From positions 1 through 56,983 of the forward strand of contig JAGGXP010000018.1 in NCBI GenBank assembly GCA_021163005.1: a stretch of 56,983 bases of DNA, in the 5' to 3' direction. This DNA comes from Candidatus Aenigmatarchaeota archaeon (GTDB lineage: Archaea; Aenigmatarchaeota; Aenigmatarchaeia; QMZP01; JAFGSV01). Below, in pieces: positions 45,862 to 55,367 of the stretch. The position numbers and the translations under genes were made by a program. The stretch's first letter is position 1. The number at the start of each line of letters is the position of its first letter. The notes beneath the pieces were generated by a model. That model had not been told where the DNA came from, made no database searches, and worked only from the letters and a program-made list of their open reading frames with translations.

Positions 45862-46842
45862 ATGGCAAAGGGACACAAACCGGTTGCAGGAAGCAGGGCA
45901 TTCTGGCCGAGAAAGAGGGCAAAGAGGATTTATCCCACTGCAAAGAAGAGAACCCTGTCCGGAGAAAAGATTGTCCCGCTTGCATTTGCAGGATACAAAG
46001 CCGGGATGACGCAGATAAGCTTCACAGAGACGCGAAAGGATTCTGCCAGAAGCGGACATGACGTCGTCGAGGCAGCCACTGTCATAGACTGCCCGCCCCT
46101 CAATGTCGTCGGCATAAAGCTCTACAGGGAAGTCAACGGGAGGCTTGTCAATGAGGGCGCCGTCTGGGCCGAGAATCTTGCAAAGGATCTTCAGAGGAAG
46201 CTCGATGTTCCCAAGAAGCCGCACATGAAGAAGGAAATGATAGGCAAGAAGCTCGACCAGCTGAAAGAGGTCAGGATAATAGTCAGCACAATGCCGAGGG
46301 AGAGCGGATTTTTCAAGAAGACCCCGGAAATATTCGAGATACCTGTTTCAGGTGATGTCGAGAAGCAGTGGGCTTATGCCCTTGAAAAGCTCGGCAAGGA
46401 GATAAGGTTTTCAGATGTTTTCGCGCCCGGAGAGAAAATAGACGTCAGGGCAGTTACAAAGGGAAAGGGATTCGCAGGTGTTGTCAAGAGGTTCGGCGTC
46501 ACGATAAGGGGCAGGAAGCACGGCGGAAAGAGAAGGCACATAGGCAATATCGGTTCAGTCGGTCACGGAAGGGTGCTTCCGGGAGCCATCGCCATGGCGG
46601 GGCAGCTCGGATTCCAGACAAGGACCGAATACAACAAAAAGGTCCTTAAGATAGGCGAGGACGGTTTTGAGCCCAAAGGCGGCTTCCTCCACTACGGAAG
46701 GGTGCCCAAGGACTACGCCTTTGTGGAAGGTTCTTTGCCCGGTCCGAAGAAGAGGCTTGTCATGATGATGAAGGCTTCAAGGCACAGCGGTCCTCTCAAC
46801 CCGGTCGAGATAAACCACATTTCACTCGAAAGCCAGCAGTAA
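45862..46842 (+). CDS. rpl3: 50S ribosomal protein L3 (uL3)
   Basis: GSRAFWPRKRA..., KGKGFAGVVKRFG..., and the expected size. Confidence 0.95.
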   Translation: MAKGHKPVAGSRAFWPRKRAKRIYPTAKKRTLSGEKIVPLAFAGYKAGMTQISFTETRKDSARSGHDVVEAATVIDCPPLNVVGIKLYREVNGRLVNEGAVWAENLAKDLQRKLDVPKKPHMKKEMIGKKLDQLKEVRIIVSTMPRESGFFKKTPEIFEIPVSGDVEKQWAYALEKLGKEIRFSDVFAPGEKIDVRAVTKGKGFAGVVKRFGVTIRGRKHGGKRRHIGNIGSVGHGRVLPGAIAMAGQLGFQTRTEYNKKVLKIGEDGFEPKGGFLHYGRVPKDYAFVEGSLPGPKKRLVMMMKASRHSGPLNPVEINHISLESQQ

Positions 46843-46851
46843 GCGCTGATT

Positions 46852-47442
46852 CTATTCGTGCTCCCAGCCGAAGAGTTCTACAAGGAAGATGGCAATCGGG
46901 AAGAATGCCACAAGCAGTATGAATGCCAGGATGGCTATTATTATGTTAGCCGTCGGCAGGTTCGAGCCCACGAGGAATGCTATGCCGATGTAAACCGCTA
47001 TGCTGAACGCGAACACGAGCGTCGCCAAAAGGTTTGCTGTCACGGCAAGGATGCCCGTCAGAGACAGGAGGGCCGTGAGGATTATTATCACAAGGACTAT
47101 AAGGAACATGACCCATGCCTCCATGCCCGTGATAAGGAAGAACGCAATCACAACAAGCGCGATTACCAGCGCCATGGATACGGGATTCGAAAGCAGAGAT
47201 ACTGCCGATGAACTCCCGGCGCTAATAAAAACCTTTCCGGACAGAGCGAAAAACAGTAGAAAAATGAGGATTATCATGCCCGTGCTTCCGGCCGGTATAA
47301 GCTCTGCGAATGGATATCCCTTCAGCGCCGCGAAGATTACCCATATGAGCGACAGGAATATCAGAATCACAAGCGCCACGATGACGAGATGCCACTTGCT
47401 TCCATGAAAGGTCTCGTCGTATGTCTTCCACGAATGGGTCAT
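46852..47442 (-). CDS. Polytopic membrane protein, unknown function, antisense insert between L3 and L4
   Basis: 6-7 hydrophobic helices. No recognisable motif. Confidence 0.5.
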   Translation of the reverse strand: MTHSWKTYDETFHGSKWHLVIVALVILIFLSLIWVIFAALKGYPFAELIPAGSTGMIILIFLLFFALSGKVFISAGSSSAVSLLSNPVSMALVIALVVIAFFLITGMEAWVMFLIVLVIIILTALLSLTGILAVTANLLATLVFAFSIAVYIGIAFLVGSNLPTANIIIAILAFILLVAFFPIAIFLVELFGWEHE

Positions 47443-47494
47443 AATAAATAATTGGACAGACAGATTAAAAAGCGCTCAGTTTTAATTTCTTGCT

Positions 47495-48379
47495 GTGAAA
47501 ATATCCTCAGGTGGTTTTTTGCCGGAGGCCTACAAACCTGACAAAAGCACAATGGACATCGTCTTCTTCTTTTCAGGAGGCGCGAGCAGCATGCACGCGG
47601 TTCTCGAAAGCCCGGAGCACGGCAGGATTTACAGGGTCGCGGGAGCCGTTACCAACAGGCCGGAAAGGGAGGCTGCCCGTGGATGGGATACTGCAAGGCA
47701 GCACGGCATAGAGCCGCTGTATGTCAGTCCCGGGAAGTTCAGCACAAGAGAGGATTTCTATTCATATGTTGCGGACGCTGTAGACGAAATGAGGCCGGAT
47801 GTCATAGGCCTTTCCGGGTTCCTCAGGAAGTATTCCATCATATCCGAGCCGTTCCTCGGCAGGTACAGGAACAGGATATTCAACGTCCATCCCGCGGATC
47901 TCGCCATCGTGTATTACCCGGAACGCAGGAAGCCCATAGAACTGGGGAGGGACGGCATAGAAAAGACGAAAAAGCACCTTGGGAAAATGGAATGGAGGCA
48001 TGCAAGGAGGTTTATTGACTCTGGTTTCGAGAGGCTTTACAGCGGGGACGATGCCGTCACGATGGCCGTGCTTTTCGGCGAGAACGAGCTCCGTTCGACC
48101 GTGCATGTTGTTGAGGAAAAGGTGGACGGAGGGAAGATACTTGTCAGGTCGCAGCCAAAGGAAGTCGACGCAGCGTATGTTGAAAGGATGCTTTCGAGGA
48201 ATGCATACAGCAGGATAGCGCATTATGCGTCATGCCTGCAGGATGAAATGAAGCGCGACTGCGACGGCCCTGCTTTCATAAAGAGCCTTGAACTAAAGGC
48301 AGCTGGCCGGCTGGATATCAAAGACAATTTCGTCACGCTCGACGGCGAGCCGCTTCCATACGGCGGATACCTGATGTAA
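47495..48379 (+). CDS. Formyltransferase-fold protein, PurN (GAR transformylase)-like with an internal insertion
   Basis: NVHPADL (N/H of the PurN NxHPSLLP motif), VHVVEEKVDGGKIL, and C-terminal LDGEPLPYGGY resembling the PurN C-terminus. The start is uncertain: GTG 47495 or ATG 47552. Confidence 0.6.
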   Translation: MKISSGGFLPEAYKPDKSTMDIVFFFSGGASSMHAVLESPEHGRIYRVAGAVTNRPEREAARGWDTARQHGIEPLYVSPGKFSTREDFYSYVADAVDEMRPDVIGLSGFLRKYSIISEPFLGRYRNRIFNVHPADLAIVYYPERRKPIELGRDGIEKTKKHLGKMEWRHARRFIDSGFERLYSGDDAVTMAVLFGENELRSTVHVVEEKVDGGKILVRSQPKEVDAAYVERMLSRNAYSRIAHYASCLQDEMKRDCDGPAFIKSLELKAAGRLDIKDNFVTLDGEPLPYGGYLM

Positions 48380-48441
48380 ATGCGCCAATTCTCAAAAAGC
48401 TTTTAAATATCAATGCCACGATATAATTTCAAGTGATTTCA

Positions 48442-49239
48442 ATGAAAGCGCCGGTTTATGACATCAGCGGAGCGAAAAAGGGCGAAATGACGCTCGGGAA
48501 GGCATTCTCGAGTCCAGTCAGGAGCGACGTGATAAAGAAGGCAGTGCTGGCCGAGCAGGCCGCACAGAGGCAGCCATACGGCTCTGACCCACTCGCCGGA
48601 CAGAGAACATCGGCCGACTACAGAGGAAGGCGTGGCATCAGGGGCAGCATGATGAACCGCGAGATGTCCAGGATGAAAAGGATAACAGGCGGGGGCTTCC
48701 TTCGCTGGAGGGCGAGGGCAATAGCAGGCGTCGTGAAGGGGCGCAGGGCCCACCCGCCCAAGACAGAGAAGAACTGGGAGCTCAAGATAAACAAGAAGGA
48801 AAGGATTCTTGCTCTCCTTTCCGCGGTTTCTGCGACACGGAAGAAGGAACTCGTAGAACAGCGGGGACACAGAATAGAGGGAGTCAAGCACATCCCGCTC
48901 ATAGTAGATGACAAGCTTCAGGAACTTAAGAAAAACAAGGATGTTTACAGCCTGCTGAAGGCACTAGGACTTGGGAAGGAGCTGGAGCGCTGCTCTGAAA
49001 CCAAGACGAGGTCCGGCATCGGCAAGTTCAGGGGCAGGAGAAAAATAAAGAAAAAGGGCCCGCTAATAGTTGTTGCAGAGGACAAGGGAATATCAAAGGC
49101 AGCCGGCAACATCCCCGGCGTCGAGGTTGCAACCCCGTCAACACTCAGGGTGAGCATGCTTGCACCGGGAACTGCACCGGGAAGGCTCACACTATGGACA
49201 AAGTCCGCTGCAGAGGCAGTGGAGAAGCTCGCAGCTTAA
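48442..49239 (+). CDS. rpl4: 50S ribosomal protein L4 (uL4)
   Basis: MKAPVYDISG..., QPYGSDPLAGQRTSA..., GRRG. Confidence 0.9.
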   Translation: MKAPVYDISGAKKGEMTLGKAFSSPVRSDVIKKAVLAEQAAQRQPYGSDPLAGQRTSADYRGRRGIRGSMMNREMSRMKRITGGGFLRWRARAIAGVVKGRRAHPPKTEKNWELKINKKERILALLSAVSATRKKELVEQRGHRIEGVKHIPLIVDDKLQELKKNKDVYSLLKALGLGKELERCSETKTRSGIGKFRGRRKIKKKGPLIVVAEDKGISKAAGNIPGVEVATPSTLRVSMLAPGTAPGRLTLWTKSAAEAVEKLAA

Positions 49240-49263
49240 ATTTCTTTCTGTTAAAATCATTTT

Positions 49264-50295
49264 ATGCTCGTTAAATCAGATCTCTATTTCAAAAACAGGG
49301 GATACGGGGTATCAGACATAAGGTCTATATACAGCGATTTCATAGACCTCAGCGATAAGTACGGGCTTACGAACGAGGACGTATTCGATGCCATAATGGA
49401 CGCCTCATACAAAGACATAGGCATCATCATACCGGAATTCGTAAAAAAGAGGCGCAGGAATTCCCAGCCGAGGCCATACTTCTGGGACAGGACGCAGACC
49501 AAGACCATGAACGGAAAGGTTGTTCCGCTGGACACCGCGACCAGATTCATGAAATTCGGACCCGCTATAGACCTGACGCGTGCGTCCACCACGCAGAAAG
49601 AGATACTCGAATACGAGCTGACGCCGAGAAAGGCGTTCAGGGACCTTGACGAAAGCAAAAACAAAAGGCGCCTGAAAAACGGGGCTTTCCGCGGCATAGG
49701 CTGGTGGGACCCGAAGCGAAAGAAGCACAAGCTCCTGCCGTTCGAGGTTCCGGTAGAGGGTGAAGAGTTCTACAAACGCTTTGCTGACGAGATGGTATTC
49801 AAAAACCTGCGCTCCGACGCTCTGATAGAGGTGCCTTCCATAAGCCGCTACATGAAGAAGGACTACACTGTCATAATGCGCGTGCTTCCCGTGACAGAAG
49901 GCAAGTACTACCATGAATGGCTCATGACCGATGTTATTGACGGCTGCGAGGGAAGGTTTTTCAGCAGCGGAAGCGGCAAGAAATATGAAAACGGTGAATT
50001 CATAGACATATACAAGTATGCGAGCCCGGAGGACGCCTACTGCAGGCACAGCTGGGGGGCGCTGCTTGCTGCTGAAGAGAAAAGCCGCATCAAGCCGGGT
50101 GCATTGACTTTCAGGGTCTCTTATCCGCGGACAAAAGAGGAATACAGGGAATCGTGGAAGACCTTAAACCTGAAAACCATAGTGAGGCTGCACAACGGGC
50201 GCGAGAGAAGGCCGAACAAGACCGAAGCGAGAATACAGCTCGGCAGGAACATGGGTTTTCTCGGCGCTGATGGCTCCTTCGACCTGTCAGAGTGA
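49264..50295 (+). CDS. Hypothetical basic protein (343 aa) inserted between L4 and L23
   Basis: Long ORF on the same strand as the operon. No antisense competitor looks coding. No motif recognised. Confidence 0.6.
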   Translation: MLVKSDLYFKNRGYGVSDIRSIYSDFIDLSDKYGLTNEDVFDAIMDASYKDIGIIIPEFVKKRRRNSQPRPYFWDRTQTKTMNGKVVPLDTATRFMKFGPAIDLTRASTTQKEILEYELTPRKAFRDLDESKNKRRLKNGAFRGIGWWDPKRKKHKLLPFEVPVEGEEFYKRFADEMVFKNLRSDALIEVPSISRYMKKDYTVIMRVLPVTEGKYYHEWLMTDVIDGCEGRFFSSGSGKKYENGEFIDIYKYASPEDAYCRHSWGALLAAEEKSRIKPGALTFRVSYPRTKEEYRESWKTLNLKTIVRLHNGRERRPNKTEARIQLGRNMGFLGADGSFDLSE

Positions 50296-50416
50296 CAGTA
50301 AACAGAAAAGCGCAAAGTCCGATGTTTCACCAAACCGGCAGAGAAAACAACCGAAACATATAAATACCTTTTTCTATAATGATAAGGAATAACGCTACAG
50401 TTTAACAGGTAACAAT

Positions 50417-50797
50417 ATGGCAAAAAAGGTGCCCCAAGAAGAGAAGAAGGGTGCCGTAAAAGCCGCTAAGAAAGAGACAAAGGCAGACAAAACGGCTTCT
50501 ACGGCGAAAGCTGCTACTCATAAGAAGGCGGCGGGCATGGACCCGTGGAAAGTTCTCGTTTACCCGCATCTTGCGGAAAAGAGCATGAACATGGTGGAGT
50601 TCGAGAACAAGCTCACTTTCATAGTCAGAAGGACGGCGACCAAGAAGGAGATAAAGGACGCCATAGAAAGCCTCTTCGGTGTGAAGGTCGTAAGGGTCCA
50701 GACAGAGACCATGAGGTCCGGCGCCAAGAAGGCGTATGCGAAGCTGAGCGACGACACGCCGGCCAGTGAGATAGCGTCGAGACTCGGCATGGTTTAA
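50417..50797 (+). CDS. rpl23: 50S ribosomal protein L23 (uL23) with a Lys/Ala-rich N-terminal extension
   Basis: LVYPHLAEKSMNMVEFENKLTFIVRRTATKKEIKDAIESLFGVKV. Confidence 0.9.
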   Translation: MAKKVPQEEKKGAVKAAKKETKADKTASTAKAATHKKAAGMDPWKVLVYPHLAEKSMNMVEFENKLTFIVRRTATKKEIKDAIESLFGVKVVRVQTETMRSGAKKAYAKLSDDTPASEIASRLGMV

Positions 50798-50815
50798 TCT
50801 TTATGAGGATTTTCA

Positions 50816-51487
50816 ATGGGCAAGAGAATAATACAGCAGAGAAGGGGACGGGGAACTTCCACCTACAGGACGAGGAATGCCAATTTCAGGTACAGGCTCG
50901 AATTCCGCAGGTCTCCCGGCATCGTGAAGGACATAGTCCAGGACCCGGGCAGGATAGTGCCCGTCGCTGTTGTCCAGTATGAAGACGGTGCAACAGGCTA
51001 CATACCTGCAAGGGAAGGTCTCGCGGTTAACGAAAGCGTCCAGGATGTCGTGCTGCCGCTGTCCCAGATACCCGAGTCAAAGCCCATATTCGCCATAGAG
51101 AGCGCGCCCAATTCAGGTCCAGTGTTCTGCAGATCAGGCGGCTCATCTGCTTTCATAGTTTCAAAGGACGAAAAAAACTGCGTTGTTCAGTTCCCGAGCA
51201 AGAAGAAGAAGACATTCAGCCTCAGCTGCAGGGCCATTCTTGGTGTTCCGGCAGGCGCAGGGCGCGGCGACAAGCCATGGGTGAAGGCAGGCAACAAATG
51301 GAAGGCCATGCACAAGAGGGGCAGGCTTTACCCGCTGACATCCGCTAATGCCATGAATGCTGTTGACCATCCGTTCGGAGGCGCATACAGCGGCGTCAAC
51401 AAGCCGAAGACGGCTCCGAGAAATGCGCCGCCAGGCAGAAAGGTCGGCACCATAGCGTCCAAGAGGACAGGGAGGAAGAAAAGGTAA
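50816..51487 (+). CDS. rpl2: 50S ribosomal protein L2 (uL2)
   Basis: [13 protein letters not shown]... and NAVDHPFGG. Confidence 0.95.
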   Translation: MGKRIIQQRRGRGTSTYRTRNANFRYRLEFRRSPGIVKDIVQDPGRIVPVAVVQYEDGATGYIPAREGLAVNESVQDVVLPLSQIPESKPIFAIESAPNSGPVFCRSGGSSAFIVSKDEKNCVVQFPSKKKKTFSLSCRAILGVPAGAGRGDKPWVKAGNKWKAMHKRGRLYPLTSANAMNAVDHPFGGAYSGVNKPKTAPRNAPPGRKVGTIASKRTGRKKR

Positions 51488-51513
51488 TTTATATTACCGG
51501 AGGATTGTTTATT

Positions 51514-51894
51514 ATGGCAAAATTCACATTCAAGGGGAAAACGCCCGAAGAGCTCGAAAAGATGAGCATAGAGGAGTTCAGCCAGCTCATAAAGAGCCGG
51601 GCAAGGAGGTCTCTCAAGAGGGGACTGCCGCCTTCCCAGAAGAAGCTTCTGCAGGACATAAGGAAGAATCCGGGTGCATTCCACAAGACGCACAGCAGGG
51701 AGATGGTCATAATACCGGAAATGCTCGGCAGAAAGATAGGCGTCTACAACGGCAAGGAGTTCGTCGCCATTGAAATAAGGGAGCACATGCTCGGCCACAG
51801 GCTCGGAGAGTTCGCGCCGACGAGGAAGCAGGTCAAGCACTCGGCGCCTGGATTCGGAGCCACCAAGTCGTCCAAGTTCGTGCCGCTCAAGTAA
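51514..51894 (+). CDS. rps19: 30S ribosomal protein S19 (uS19)
   Basis: [11 protein letters not shown]..., [13 protein letters not shown]..., LGEFAPTRK. Confidence 0.95.
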   Translation: MAKFTFKGKTPEELEKMSIEEFSQLIKSRARRSLKRGLPPSQKKLLQDIRKNPGAFHKTHSREMVIIPEMLGRKIGVYNGKEFVAIEIREHMLGHRLGEFAPTRKQVKHSAPGFGATKSSKFVPLK

Positions 51895-51897
51895 GTG

Positions 51898-52287
51898 ATG
51901 AATATGTTAAATTACGTCCTCAACCCGCTGAAGAAGAAGTCTGTCAAGGTTTACGGCAGGGGGCTCAACATATCCGGCAAGGACAGCAGGATACTGTGCA
52001 AGGAAATAACGGGGAGGAGCCTTCCAAAAGCCAAGGCGTTCCTTCAGAGGCTCGTCGACGGCACGGAGAACATCGGAGGCAAGTACTACACGAAGGCTGC
52101 GGGTGAGATACACGGCCTGCTTAAATCAGCTGAGAACAACGCTGAGACAAAGGGACTTGATGCCGAAAGATTGATAGTTCACGCATCCGCCCACAAGGGA
52201 TACAGGTTCATGAGACCAAGAAGGTTCAAGATGAGGAGGCAGCAGAGGAAGGTTACCAACATACAATTGGTGCTTCAGCTGAAATGA
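51898..52287 (+). CDS. rpl22: 50S ribosomal protein L22 (uL22)
   Basis: Position between S19 and S3. LNISGKDSRILCKEITGRSL..., AHKGYRFMRPRR. Confidence 0.9.
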   Translation: MNMLNYVLNPLKKKSVKVYGRGLNISGKDSRILCKEITGRSLPKAKAFLQRLVDGTENIGGKYYTKAAGEIHGLLKSAENNAETKGLDAERLIVHASAHKGYRFMRPRRFKMRRQQRKVTNIQLVLQLK

Positions 52288-53141
52288 TGATTATGGCTCT
52301 CAACAAGTATTTCGTCAAGCAGGGGATAAAGGAGGTTTCGATAGATAACTTCATACGCCAGAACTTCCCTTCCACGGACTACTCGGACATCGAGCTTCAG
52401 AGGACACCGCTGGGCATAAAGATCGTCATAAACACACACAAGCCTGGCAGGGTCATAGGCAGGAGCGGCAGTACCATCAACAGGATGGGAGAGCTTCTCA
52501 AGAAGAAATTCGATCTTGACAACCCCCAGCTCGATGTCAAGTCCATAGCTAATCCCAATCTCGATTCAAAGACAGTAGCCAAGCAGATAAAGACAGCTCT
52601 TGAAAGGGGATACAACTACAAGAAGATAGGCAATGTTTCACTCAAGAAGGTCATGGACGCCGGTGCAATAGGCGTCGAGATAGTGATAAGCGGAAAGCTC
52701 GGCGGCAGCAAAGGCCGTGTCGGCAAGTTCATAGGCGGATACATAAAGCACTGCGGAAACACTGCCGAAGAGCTTGTTGACTACGGATTCGAAGAGGCAA
52801 ACACAAAGCCAGGAAAGATAGGCATAAAGGTCAAGATAATGAAGGAGCTGCAGGACATAACAGGCGAAAAGGTGACGAAGATAATCAGGCGCAGCGCTCC
52901 TGAGAAAAAGTCTTCCGAGGGCTATGACACAGTTGATGCCGAAGGCAGCCTTGACTTTGATTATTCCGAAGATGAGCCGCCAACAGACGAGGCGGAAGAA
53001 AAGCCGGAAAAGGTAGAAGCTGAATCTGAACCGAAACAGGAAGTTCAGCAGAGAACAGAAGGGACGGAGAAAGACAAAGCTGCCGGTAAGAAACCGAAGG
53101 CCGGCGATAAAAAGATTAAAAAAGAGGAAGCTAAAGAATAA
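52284..53141 (+). CDS. rps3: 30S ribosomal protein S3 (uS3) with an acidic/Lys-rich C-terminal tail
   Basis: KH-domain GRVIGRSGSTINRMGELL, with GKLGGSKGR. Confidence 0.95.
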   Translation: MMIMALNKYFVKQGIKEVSIDNFIRQNFPSTDYSDIELQRTPLGIKIVINTHKPGRVIGRSGSTINRMGELLKKKFDLDNPQLDVKSIANPNLDSKTVAKQIKTALERGYNYKKIGNVSLKKVMDAGAIGVEIVISGKLGGSKGRVGKFIGGYIKHCGNTAEELVDYGFEEANTKPGKIGIKVKIMKELQDITGEKVTKIIRRSAPEKKSSEGYDTVDAEGSLDFDYSEDEPPTDEAEEKPEKVEAESEPKQEVQQRTEGTEKDKAAGKKPKAGDKKIKKEEAKE

Positions 53142-53154
53142 AGGTGTCTGTCAG

Positions 53155-53355
53155 ATGGCTGTACTAAAGAAACGTGACGCGAGAAAGATGAAAGCCGAAG
53201 AGCTCGACTCCAGGGTAAGCGAACTGAGGCTCGAGGTTGCGAAGGAAAAAGCGAACATAGCCATAGGAGCTCCTGTTTCTTCTCCGGGAAAGATGAGGGA
53301 TATGAAAAGGACCATTGCCCGGATTTTAACAATAAAAAAGGAAAAGGGTGCATGA
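53155..53355 (+). CDS. rpl29: 50S ribosomal protein L29 (uL29)
   Basis: 66 aa, KAEELDSRVSELRLEV..., and the expected position. Confidence 0.9.
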   Translation: MAVLKKRDARKMKAEELDSRVSELRLEVAKEKANIAIGAPVSSPGKMRDMKRTIARILTIKKEKGA

Positions 53356-53663
53356 GCGAAAGCGGTATCTGTCCAAAGTGCGGTCTGCCAAAGGATCTCT
53401 GTATCTGCGAGACCATGGCCCGTGAAGAAGAAAAGATAAGGGTCTCGGTGGCTGAGAGGCGCTTCAAGAAGAAGTCAACCATCATCGAAGGCATAAGCAG
53501 CGACGTTGACATCAAGAACGTTCTGAAAGAGCTGAAGACAAAGCTCGCATGCGGCGGCACATTCAAAAACAAAACCATAGAGCTGCAGGGCGACCATCTG
53601 AAAAAGGTCAAGGACATTCTTGTCAAACTGGGCTTCCAGCAGGAAAAGATAGAGATATCCTGA
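53352..53663 (+). CDS. sui1: Translation initiation factor aIF1 (SUI1)
   Basis: CPKCGLPKDLCIC zinc knuckle plus the SUI1 core (LKTKLACGGTFKNKTIELQGDH). Confidence 0.9.
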   Translation: MSESGICPKCGLPKDLCICETMAREEEKIRVSVAERRFKKKSTIIEGISSDVDIKNVLKELKTKLACGGTFKNKTIELQGDHLKKVKDILVKLGFQQEKIEIS

Positions 53664-53691
53664 TTTAAGCAGGCATCACGAATAATTTCAT

Positions 53692-53964
53692 ATGAGAACA
53701 GCTTCAAACATAGCCAGACACGAGCTCATAGGCCTTGATACAGTTGCGATTTCTCCGGACGGCAGGGAGACGGAAGGCAGGGTAATAGACGAGACCCGCA
53801 ATATGCTCGTTATTGAGGCAGAAAGCAGCGAAAAGCGCATACCCAAGGAACACACGGTTTTCAGGTTTTTCCTGCCTGAAACGAAGGAATGGGTACGTGT
53901 AGAGGGCCGTGTGCTCATAGCACGTCCCGAGGACAGAATAAAGAAGCGCCTGGAAAAGTGGTAG
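53692..53964 (+). CDS. rnp1: RNase P protein component 1 (Rpp29/Pop4)
   Basis: HELIGLDTVAISPDGRETEGRVIDETRNMLVIE is a typical Rpp29 Sm-like core. Conserved position after L29/SUI1. Confidence 0.85.
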   Translation: MRTASNIARHELIGLDTVAISPDGRETEGRVIDETRNMLVIEAESSEKRIPKEHTVFRFFLPETKEWVRVEGRVLIARPEDRIKKRLEKW

Positions 53965-55335
53965 TCAAAGCTTCTTTTTGAACAGCACGTAGATGTATCC
54001 TGTTTCTGTTTTTCTCACTTCCACAAGAATCAGTCCCTTGCTGAATTCGATGTTTTCGTAGCTGGTCATCAGCGTCTTCCCGCTCTTGTCGTGAACCCTG
54101 TACCATGAGACGTGCATGCCTGCGTCTTCCACCACCTTGAACCTCTTCAGCGTGCATTCTATAGGCACGGTCTCGCCGACGTATTTGGCCAGCATAGATA
54201 TCTTAACAGGCTTTGGTTTTTCTCCTGCAGGGGGCTTCTCTTTCACCACAACCTTCTTCAGCTCTTCCTTCTTTGCGTACTGGCTGAGCGATTCCTTGAT
54301 TTTTCTGAGCTCTTCTTTCATCTCCATCGTGCCCTTCGAAAACTCCCTTTCCTCCTTTTCACTGATCTCTTTCAGCATGCTTTCCAAACGCTTCTCGAGT
54401 TCGTCAATCTTCTTAATCTGCATTTCACTCTTACGCTTTTTGGCATCTTCATGCTTCGCCCGGTCGTGTGCCACTGCCTTCAACACAAGGATTATCAGAA
54501 GTGCAACAACGATTACGACGCTTAATATCACTATCCAGACGAGTGTTGTCATCGGCCCGAGTATGTTCTTCCTGAAGGCGCACCATTCATCTTCCGCAAC
54601 CTCGAATGTGCTGCCTGCAACTGCTGTCTTGTTTTCCCCGTAGGTTATCTCAGCATAAAGCCTGTAGGTGCCTTCCTGAACAGACTTTGGCAGGGCAACC
54701 CTTATGATGTATTCTGTCACGTTGAGGACAGCGCGCGTGTCTCTGGTTTCCGAGACCAGCTTGTTGTTGCTGTCAACCACCCAGTATGTCAGATATGCGT
54801 CTATGAGTTCCAGCTTGCCGAAATTCACAAGCCTTATGTTCGCCTCAACTTCGTCACCCATGCAGACGCTCTTGGAGCTTTCCGGAATCTCGAGGAAGAT
54901 GTCGAACAAAGGCTCGAACGGTCCCCTGAATTCACAGGCCCGTCTCTGTACGGGCATCTCCTCTGTTCCGTTGCATGTGCCCCTGTTCATGCACAGCCTT
55001 TCCTGGATGCCTGAAGGCGGGCATTCGTAGGGGAACCAGTTCGTGCAGGTCCAGTTGTAGTAGCATGACGGTCCTGTGATAGAAGGACCCCCGCCACCTC
55101 CTGAAGGCCCGGGTGTTTCCGGCGGCGTTTCTTCCGTTTCTTCCCAGCCGAGCCATCCTATGTTTCCCGTGTATCCGGACAGACTGCTGAGCAGCGTCCC
55201 GGGCTCATATGCCAGAGTGAACCTGCCTGCGTAGATTACTCCGTCAGGCTCTCCGCCCGCAATGCCGGTGTGATATGAGCCGACTTCATACGTTCCCGGT
55301 ACTATTCCATACGCTGAAACCAACGGCAGTGACAT
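53965..55335 (-). CDS. Single-pass membrane protein: Cys-rich extracellular domain, TM, cytoplasmic coiled coil and a small C-terminal beta domain
   Basis: TM helix TTLVWIVILSVVIVVALLIILVL, then a charged heptad-like stretch (KRKSEMQIKKIDELEKRLESMLKEISEKEE). The reading frame stays open upstream of the ATG and encodes a better signal-peptide-like sequence (LRHWIFVCLATL). Confidence 0.5.
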   Translation of the reverse strand: MSLPLVSAYGIVPGTYEVGSYHTGIAGGEPDGVIYAGRFTLAYEPGTLLSSLSGYTGNIGWLGWEETEETPPETPGPSGGGGGPSITGPSCYYNWTCTNWFPYECPPSGIQERLCMNRGTCNGTEEMPVQRRACEFRGPFEPLFDIFLEIPESSKSVCMGDEVEANIRLVNFGKLELIDAYLTYWVVDSNNKLVSETRDTRAVLNVTEYIIRVALPKSVQEGTYRLYAEITYGENKTAVAGSTFEVAEDEWCAFRKNILGPMTTLVWIVILSVVIVVALLIILVLKAVAHDRAKHEDAKKRKSEMQIKKIDELEKRLESMLKEISEKEEREFSKGTMEMKEELRKIKESLSQYAKKEELKKVVVKEKPPAGEKPKPVKISMLAKYVGETVPIECTLKRFKVVEDAGMHVSWYRVHDKSGKTLMTSYENIEFSKGLILVEVRKTETGYIYVLFKKKL

Positions 55336-55367
55336 GAGAGTTGCCAGGCAGACAAAAATCCAGTGCC

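Noticed and set aside
49264-50295. Possible SWIM-type zinc finger (…GCEG…CRH…) in the 343-aa unknown protein.
   Set aside because: Only one Cys is present at the first position where SWIM needs CxC, so the motif is not satisfied.
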